Shown in pieces: positions 45,318 to 50,993 of a stretch of DNA of 50,993 nucleotides. The first letter of the stretch is position 1; every line of letters begins with the position of its first letter. The stretch comes from a virus (Duplodnaviria > Caudoviricetes): IMG/VR virus record IMGVR_UViG_3300005732_000004, positions 1 to 50,993 of that record; one strand, given 5' to 3'. The translations under genes and the position numbers were made by a program. The notes under the pieces are model-generated. The model was not told the DNA's origin. It was given only the letters and a program-made list of their open reading frames with translations, and did no database searches.

Positions 45318-45824
45318 TTATGGCCTATCAAGCATAGAGGATGGTATATCCATTTTTACTACTTTGCCTTGGTCAACTATAACATCGACTTTCCCGTCAT
45401 TCCTGAATATCCCAGATAAACCGCCCCACCATTCATGATCTTTGCTTATCTTTACTTTGTCGCCTGTCTTGAATGTGCTTGGGTCGCGGTCTTGAGCTAT
45501 GATCTGTTCTATTTCCTTCACCTGGTCTATATCCCTTGGTTTGACGGTTAACGGCCCATTATCACCTAACAATAGGCCATATACCCCATTTATGCGCTGT
45601 ATTTCGCCCCATTCATCTTGATTGGATAAGCGAACGAATACGTATCTAGGATACATTGGCCTTTTGACAATAACAGGCTTTTTTGACTTGCGGTGTTTTG
45701 GGAACTTCTTAACCCTAACGATTGGCAAATAAACATCGGCTTTGTCATCCCATGTTTCGGCTATCTTTTCCGACACCTCTATTTCACGGCTTCCATGTGT
45801 TACGACAACAAAGTAATTATCCAT
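45318..45824 (-). CDS. NusG-family transcription antitermination factor
   Basis: NGN domain (YFVVVT..SRE...PMYPRYVFV...INGVYGLL) plus KOW (FKTGDKVKI...GL.G.F). Confidence 0.9.
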   Translation of the reverse strand: MDNYFVVVTHGSREIEVSEKIAETWDDKADVYLPIVRVKKFPKHRKSKKPVIVKRPMYPRYVFVRLSNQDEWGEIQRINGVYGLLLGDNGPLTVKPRDIDQVKEIEQIIAQDRDPSTFKTGDKVKISKDHEWWGGLSGIFRNDGKVDVIVDQGKVVKMDIPSSMLDRP

Positions 45825-45843
45825 TATATGCCTCTTGTTTAGT

Positions 45844-45948
45844 GTGGAAGTGGTGCTGATTTACGCTTAGATGTCTCACGGATTACCGCGCACCGCCAGC
45901 GAACTAACATACATATGCATCAACACCTACGATTTCGCCAGCTTCCAC
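45844..45948 (-). ncRNA. candidate pseudoknotted RNA element in the nusG leader
   Basis: Closing stem GTGGAAG/CTTCCAC; crossing helices GCTGGCGAA/TTCGCTGGC and GGTGTTGAT/ATCAGCACC. Confidence 0.45.
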
Positions 45949-45981
45949 GTCCGGCTCGAAAGGTGGCAGGGGTAATTTGAT

Positions 45982-46287
45982 TTATTCGCCTTGTTTCCAT
46001 TCTGCAATTATTGCAGCGGCTTCGTCTAGTGTGTAGGTGTTTTTCTTGTAATCACCTATAAAATTCCCAATCACATAAAGGAGCCAAATAGTCCCTGCTA
46101 TGATTTGCAGTGTTACCGAACCAAGATAAACGCCAAACCATACAGAGCCGCATAAGCTCCCGAAAGTTGATGCCTTCTTTGCCAATTCCTCCCAAAATCT
46201 TTCTCGGATCAAAACCATACGTGACGTTTTATATTCGAAGTCCTTGATAAAGCGCTCAAATTTTTCTTCTAGTGTCAATTCACTCAT
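45982..46287 (-). CDS. membrane protein (2 TM)
   Basis: Two hydrophobic segments. Confidence 0.75.
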   Translation of the reverse strand: MSELTLEEKFERFIKDFEYKTSRMVLIRERFWEELAKKASTFGSLCGSVWFGVYLGSVTLQIIAGTIWLLYVIGNFIGDYKKNTYTLDEAAAIIAEWKQGE

Positions 46288-46577
46288 TTGTTTTCACCTT
46301 CTTTTCTGTCTTGTGTTTGGGATTTGAGGTGCAATAAAATATGACGCTGCACATCTTGCATCCCAATAATGCGACCTTTTTCAAGGTCTGATTTATGTTT
46401 ATGCTTGTTATAAAAATCGATAGGCTCTTGAAGCTTTGTGGCGAATGCTTCCAAAGTCTCGTTGCGCACCTCTTGAATGAGTTGGGCTGTTTCCTCTTCA
46501 TATTCCCGTGCTAGGTGGTAACGCTCTAAGCGCTTAACGTGCTTTTGCGCCCGCTCCATATCCGCTTGTCTGGTCAT
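46284..46577 (-). CDS. hypothetical protein
   Basis: GGAGG RBS; ATGA overlap. Confidence 0.75.
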   Translation of the reverse strand: MTRQADMERAQKHVKRLERYHLAREYEEETAQLIQEVRNETLEAFATKLQEPIDFYNKHKHKSDLEKGRIIGMQDVQRHILLHLKSQTQDRKEGENK

Positions 46578-46807
46578 TGCTTGGCCTCCGTAGGTGCCGC
46601 ATAGATGCAGTAAAAATTTGTGCGATTTTCATATTTTCGTGAAAGCTCAATACTGGGCGTCCAGTCTGTCGGGTGCTTAATGCGCTTGTGTTCTTGCATG
46701 TGAACAATGTTTTCAATACATGCAGCCATGGACTGCATTTCTACTCGCTCAATAGCGTGGCCGCTGTTGGAAATGATTATCAAAAGAACAATAGCTTCCT
46801 TGATCAC
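46574..46807 (-). CDS. small secreted or membrane-anchored protein
   Basis: Hydrophobic N-terminus; SM.AC...FYC pattern. Confidence 0.7.
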   Translation of the reverse strand: MIKEAIVLLIIISNSGHAIERVEMQSMAACIENIVHMQEHKRIKHPTDWTPSIELSRKYENRTNFYCIYAAPTEAKQ

Positions 46808-46849
46808 GCCCTCTCCCCTTCTAGTGCTGGTGTGTGTTGCTTATTGGTT

Positions 46850-47317
46850 TTAGAATGGGATATCATCGTCCATGCCCCCACTATCAAAGGCTGGCGCACT
46901 TGCTTGAGGCCGACCACCCGCCCCCGCATCGTTCGAACGTGACCCGCTACTATCGTTGTTATCACTGCGGCCACCTAACATTGTTAGTGTTGAGTTGAAT
47001 CCCTGAAGCACGATTTCGGTTGAATAACGGTCATTCCCGTCTTGATCCTGCCATTTGCGCGTTTGCAATTGCCCCTCTAAATAGACTTGTGAGCCTTTCT
47101 TTAGATATTGCTCAGCGACACGACATAGACCTTCGGAGAAGATCACAACGCGGTGCCATTCTGTTTTTTCGCGCTGCTCACCTGAATTCTTGTCGCGCCA
47201 CCGTTCAGATGTCGCGATGCGCAAATTGACGATGGGACGCCCATCTTGCGTGTTGCGAACTTCTGGGTCTGCGCCAAGCGACCCAACTAGAATTACTTTG
47301 TTTACACTTCCTGCCAT
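46850..47317 (-). CDS. ssb: single-stranded DNA-binding protein
   Basis: [12 protein letters not shown]...EKTEWHRVV...DDDIPF. Confidence 0.97.
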   Translation of the reverse strand: MAGSVNKVILVGSLGADPEVRNTQDGRPIVNLRIATSERWRDKNSGEQREKTEWHRVVIFSEGLCRVAEQYLKKGSQVYLEGQLQTRKWQDQDGNDRYSTEIVLQGFNSTLTMLGGRSDNNDSSGSRSNDAGAGGRPQASAPAFDSGGMDDDIPF

Positions 47318-47521
47318 TATATTTACCTAAATGTTTTGGACATATAGTCCTGTAATTTAAGCATAGGGGGTTATCAGCCCCCCATACCGTGCGAATTGAG
47401 CAAAGCTTACAACAAAGCTTTACAGATTATCGAGATTGGTTCTTAGCGGGTCTCCTCGCTGGTTCTAACTGCTTACCGTCTACCAGCTTCGCGCGTGTAA
47501 GCCCCCTTGGGGTATTGGCCA

Positions 47522-47998
47522 TCATTGGCCCTTGGTTAAAACTTTATCCATGCGGATTTTATGCCGCATTCTTCCGTTGGCTACTAAACTATGGCAACGG
47601 GAACCAAACAGTTCACCCAGAGAACCATCGGAATAGCCAAATTTCTCTTTAAGCCAATAATAACACTCACATCGACACGCATGTGTGATTGCGTCTTTAA
47701 CAGCTTTGGATAACAAAATATTTCTATGTATTTTATACCTTTTTGCAATCTTATCAATTACTTGATCTGGGCCAAGATCGGTAAAATCATCGCTCGTGAA
47801 AAGCTTGATCGAATTTAGGAAATCCTTTTGACCGCCTTTTGTCCGAGCATCATATCTTTTCTTTTCTAGTTCACGTTGTTTTTGCGCTTTCCTTATCTGG
47901 TTTAGATATTCGCGCTTCACTACAGTTGGCTTTGATGGCCATAGTCTTGATTTAGCCTCAGAATATCCCTGAACGATTTCTTGTACACTTTGTCCCAT
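47522..47998 (-). CDS. DnaA C-terminal-like HTH protein
   Basis: I..IA..Y.I....LL...R...YY.......S...LG..FG.R.H..V..G pattern. Confidence 0.65.
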   Translation of the reverse strand: MGQSVQEIVQGYSEAKSRLWPSKPTVVKREYLNQIRKAQKQRELEKKRYDARTKGGQKDFLNSIKLFTSDDFTDLGPDQVIDKIAKRYKIHRNILLSKAVKDAITHACRCECYYWLKEKFGYSDGSLGELFGSRCHSLVANGRMRHKIRMDKVLTKGQ

Positions 47999-48062
47999 TG
48001 TTACCCTCTCTTACTGAATGTTTGTGTTACTCGCTTTGGCCATTAGGTGCCTTTATGTTGGG

Positions 48063-48203
48063 TTATGCAAACATCTTGAGCGCAACGTATAAAGCCGTGA
48101 CGATGATAACACCCACTCCGCTACCTACTGCCAGCCCGCACACAAAATAATGCCTTGTTAGTTCACGATGTTCTTCTTGCGTAAGCTTCAAAATCACCAT
48201 CAT
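48063..48203 (-). CDS. small single-TM protein
   Basis: Likely start MMVILKLTQEE; C-terminal TM. Confidence 0.55.
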   Translation of the reverse strand: MMVILKLTQEEHRELTRHYFVCGLAVGSGVGVIIVTALYVALKMFA

Positions 48204-48231
48204 GCGCTTCCCTTGGCCCAGCTCGGAATAG

Positions 48232-48354
48232 TCATGCTCCCCATCCCAACATGACAAATATACCTAAAGTCACAAGTAGCCCCAAAGCGCACACTAGCAT
48301 GTAGATAATCATGTAAATGGAAAACCGCCAATCGTCATTTATACCTTTAGTCAT
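48232..48354 (-). CDS. 40-aa TM peptide (not in ORF track)
   Basis: MTKGINDDWRFSIYMIIYMLVCALGLLVTLGIFVMLGWGA. Confidence 0.55.
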   Translation of the reverse strand: MTKGINDDWRFSIYMIIYMLVCALGLLVTLGIFVMLGWGA

Positions 48355-48357
48355 CTC

Positions 48358-48570
48358 TCAATCCTTCCTATGTTCTGCACACCGCCATTGGCCTAGACGT
48401 GCCTTTGCTGCAGCCTTGCGGCCTAATCCTAATTCACGCATTGCCTCGCTTAAGCTGACATTGTAGCCAAACCCAGGGTAAGGAACGTCGCAAACATCGC
48501 ACTTGGTCATGAACCTATAAATCGGCTCACCATCCGCGTTAGTGCCTATGCGTTTAAGTGCTGCTGGCAC
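48358..48570 (-). CDS. small Zn-binding hypothetical protein
   Basis: CxxC...FGY...W.C.EH. Confidence 0.7.
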   Translation of the reverse strand: MPAALKRIGTNADGEPIYRFMTKCDVCDVPYPGFGYNVSLSEAMRELGLGRKAAAKARLGQWRCAEHRKD

Positions 48571-48793
48571 CGCTTATCCGATCACAAGCCCGTTGGTTAC
48601 CCTTTTCGCATTCTCCAATCTGTATCGATGCAATTGCCCAAAATACTAGGCACAAAATCAGATATAGCGTTAGAGGCGTTATTTGCTTTAGTTCTGCCAT
48701 GTAGCGGGTTTTGCAATCTGTGTGAGGGGTGACTGCTCCCCGCCCTGAAGGACAGGGCTTCAAGCGCTCTGCGCTCATTTCGCTCCGCTTCAT
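48554..48793 (-). CDS. membrane protein whose 5' end is supplied by the TnpB element right end
   Basis: Frame runs from the ATGA at the tnpB stop through the element end into TPHTDCKTRYMAEL...TM. Confidence 0.55.
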   Translation of the reverse strand: MKRSEMSAERLKPCPSGRGAVTPHTDCKTRYMAELKQITPLTLYLILCLVFWAIASIQIGECEKGNQRACDRISGASST

Positions 48794-49898
48794 GACAAGG
48801 CTCCTTCTGCAAGCGCGTCCAGTCCGACACGGAGAATGTTCTGTGCTGCGTTCACGTCACGGTCATGGACCGTCCCGCAATCGCTGCATTCCCACTCTCT
48901 TATTCCAAGACCTGCGATACCTTTCGGCCTCGAATTGGGCAGTGTGCCGCAACTCGAACAGGTTTGGGTTGTATATGCCTCATTTGCCTCAAGCATCTTC
49001 CCGCCATGCATAACTGCCTTGTACGACAACATATTCTTGAAGCTTGACCAGCCAGCATCGAGTACACTCTTTGCCATTGTGGTCTTGGCTAGTTTTGATG
49101 ATGACACATCGCCAACGACGATTGTGCCAAACTGTTTTGCAATGGCGTTTGAAGCCTTGTGCAAAAAGTCTTTACGGCGGTTCGCAATCTTCGCATGGAT
49201 ATTGCGCACTCGCTTTGATTTCTTTGCCCGCTGGGATATCGCCAACGCTTTCTCTGACTTGCGGTAAAACTGCATGGCCTCTAGACGCTCACCATTGCTT
49301 AGTGTCACCATGTCCTTTAATCCAAGGTCAATTCCCACTGCCTCTTTTTCAGCCACATCTGCGCATCCAACCTTAATCGGCATATTGATGTACCAACGAC
49401 CGCGTGCATCTTGATTGAATGAACCAGCACCAATCTTAATACCCTCAACCAAACGTGGATGCAGGTGCATTACTTGATATTTCACGCCACGGAATTTGAG
49501 TGTTTGCCCATCAAATGTGATGTGACTAGTGTTGAAAGGAACCCAACCTAAGGACTTGCGGCCACGCCACCGCAAACCAGCACGCCTTGCTTTCTGTCGG
49601 GAAATGTCAAATTGCTGACAAACACGTTGCACTGTGTGCGCGTGTAAGTCTAGCTCCTTTGACGAACTCGCGGTCAGCTTCTGCAGATCGAACCGGGAAA
49701 GCCAAACTCGGTCGCGTTTCCAAGCGAACATCGATGTCTCGTTTAGGTAGTTCCAAACAAAATTCACTGCACGCGCTTGCCGAGATAACTCACTTGCAAA
49801 CTTATCCCGCACTCGCAATTTGATAGTCAGTGTTTGTTCCATTTTGTACTCACTTACCCACACTTGGGGGAATGGGGTTGCGTTCGTCCGTTTTTCGC
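48729..49898 (-). mobile_element. IS200/IS605-family solo-tnpB element (no tnpA)
   Basis: tnpB plus right end AAGCCCTGTCCTTCAGGGCGGGGAGCAGTCA(C); left boundary inferred from restoring the reading frame. Confidence 0.7.
48790..49842 (-). CDS. tnpB: TnpB RNA-guided endonuclease
   Basis: VGIDLGLK (RuvC-I); NEAYTTQTCSSC and WECSDC Zn finger; HDRDVNAAQNI (RuvC-III); ORF also open from ATG 49902. Confidence 0.95.
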   Translation of the reverse strand: MEQTLTIKLRVRDKFASELSRQARAVNFVWNYLNETSMFAWKRDRVWLSRFDLQKLTASSSKELDLHAHTVQRVCQQFDISRQKARRAGLRWRGRKSLGWVPFNTSHITFDGQTLKFRGVKYQVMHLHPRLVEGIKIGAGSFNQDARGRWYINMPIKVGCADVAEKEAVGIDLGLKDMVTLSNGERLEAMQFYRKSEKALAISQRAKKSKRVRNIHAKIANRRKDFLHKASNAIAKQFGTIVVGDVSSSKLAKTTMAKSVLDAGWSSFKNMLSYKAVMHGGKMLEANEAYTTQTCSSCGTLPNSRPKGIAGLGIREWECSDCGTVHDRDVNAAQNILRVGLDALAEGALS

Positions 49899-50258
49899 TC
49901 ATGCTTCACCTCTCAGATTAGCTATTAATTCACTAACTCGGCGCTCTAGCTCTTCGTCTAAAATGTTAGCTGACCATATATGCTCTTGGATATCTTGAAG
50001 CTCTTCAACAATAGGGCCGTAAATCTCCCTTGCACATGCAAGAACTGCCTGTTCATGCGCTTTGCTGATTGCATCTTCACCATCGAGAACAACTTGGGTC
50101 ATAGACCAAGAAACCGTTGTATCAATACCTACCCCATACCCTGATGACGCTGGGCCTATTTGCTCGGCCTCCTTAGTGATTTTCAGGCGGGAAGTTGGAT
50201 ATACAGGAACCCTGTTTCCGCGAACTGATTTCAAGCTTTCAATAATGGGAAGTTTCAT
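49899..50258 (-). CDS. hypothetical protein
   Basis: Coupled ORF. Confidence 0.75.
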   Translation of the reverse strand: MKLPIIESLKSVRGNRVPVYPTSRLKITKEAEQIGPASSGYGVGIDTTVSWSMTQVVLDGEDAISKAHEQAVLACAREIYGPIVEELQDIQEHIWSANILDEELERRVSELIANLRGEA

Positions 50259-50590
50259 GATCCACCTCTTGCGCGCTTGAGGGCGGTGCGGGCTTTTTTT
50301 ATGCGCCTATACCAACTGTGATTTTTGTTCGAATTGTCGTGAGGGTTGATGCCTTTTTGGCGAACAAGCGCATTTACTTCTTTCAATAAATCAACAACCA
50401 CCTCAACCAGTTCATCCTCTATGGGACGGTGGTTCCATGCATTCATGGCCTCTTGCTGAGTGCAAAAACGTTCGGACTCGCACAAGCAGTTTGAACATTC
50501 GTACCAGTATTCGTTGTTCACCTTTTGCCAGTCATCCGCGGTCATTTTGCTATTCCCGCAAAACGGACAAAGTTTAAGCTTCTCAGTCAT
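50255..50590 (-). CDS. Lar-family (restriction alleviation-like) Zn-binding protein
   Basis: LKLCPFCG...C..C...EA..AWN.R. Confidence 0.8.
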   Translation of the reverse strand: MTEKLKLCPFCGNSKMTADDWQKVNNEYWYECSNCLCESERFCTQQEAMNAWNHRPIEDELVEVVVDLLKEVNALVRQKGINPHDNSNKNHSWYRRIKKARTALKRARGGS

Positions 50591-50916
50591 TTCTTACGCG
50601 CCTCCAGCATTGCGTCTGCAAATTCGTATGCTGACTGGGCAATACCTTTTGGGTCAGATTCACCAAATGACGCAAGGTGCCCCATAAGCGCCTGACCTGC
50701 GAAATAGTCGCGCAGTGTCATATCTGACTGCATGATTTCGGGGTTTAATGGGTCGATAGTGCGATACCAAAGGTCGTACTTACCCAACTCATCTTTATGG
50801 GTATACTCATATTTCCATGCCTCGCCGTTATCGATCACGATCCCGTCAGCCCTTGCCTTGGCTAAATCGTCGCCATCCCATTTATCGTGATATGCCTTCA
50901 TTCGCTCAGTCATCAA
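50587..50916 (-). CDS. hypothetical phage protein (MTLRDYFAGQAL family)
   Basis: MTLRDYFAGQAL...AY..ADAMLEAR. Confidence 0.85.
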   Translation of the reverse strand: MMTERMKAYHDKWDGDDLAKARADGIVIDNGEAWKYEYTHKDELGKYDLWYRTIDPLNPEIMQSDMTLRDYFAGQALMGHLASFGESDPKGIAQSAYEFADAMLEARKK

Positions 50917-50993
50917 ACAACCCTCTCAATCATGTGCAGTTCATAAGCCCAACCAGCTAGAACAGGCGTTAGGGCGCAAAATAAAGCGGTGAG

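Noticed and set aside
45844-45948. Pistol or canonical HDV/theta ribozyme
   Set aside because: CTAAGCGT is present, but the matching pistol P1 loop pairing is not, and the HDV L3/P1.1 consensus is absent. Kept only as an unclassified pseudoknot.
48740-48780. Lar-like N-terminus MSAERLKPCP
   Set aside because: No FCG or second Cys pair follows; the sequence is explained by the IS200/IS605 right-end hairpin.
1-50993. Terminal repeats or a gene spanning the window ends
   Set aside because: I found no end redundancy and no clean ORF across the junction. Circularity is suggested only by gene content and same-strand early genes at both ends.

Overview
The window looks like an essentially complete, circularly permuted genome of a long-tailed (siphovirus-like) phage. 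The host is probably an alphaproteobacterium, based on a GapR/DUF2312 homolog and an alpha-type SSB. Minus-strand late module (about 44.6 kb down to 19.6 kb): terS, terL, HK97-type portal, Mu-gpF-like protein, prohead protease, major capsid, several head accessory proteins, head-tail joining genes, tail tube, frameshifted tail chaperones, tape measure, tail tip, a beta-helix tailspike and a lysis cassette (GH108 endolysin, spanins, holin-like protein). Replication and recombination genes: DUF1376 initiator, DnaB helicase, Rad52/Sak annealase, RusA and SSB. Also present are a NusG-family antiterminator, a tRNA-Arg(UCU), an HNH endonuclease, a solo TnpB element and a Gp37Gp68/DUF5131 gene carrying a LAGLIDADG intein. 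I saw no integrase or CI-type repressor. The most unusual signal is non-coding: a promoter- and terminator-bounded, ORF-free unit of about 570 nt (12.44 kb down to 11.87 kb) built from tandem self-closing RNA domains, one of them tRNA-like. Other non-coding features are two promoter/terminator-bounded antisense mini-RNAs, a further hairpin-dense region, a pseudoknot upstream of nusG and a perfect 30-bp inverted repeat 18.7 kb apart. All family assignments come from recognising motifs by eye, not from database searches.
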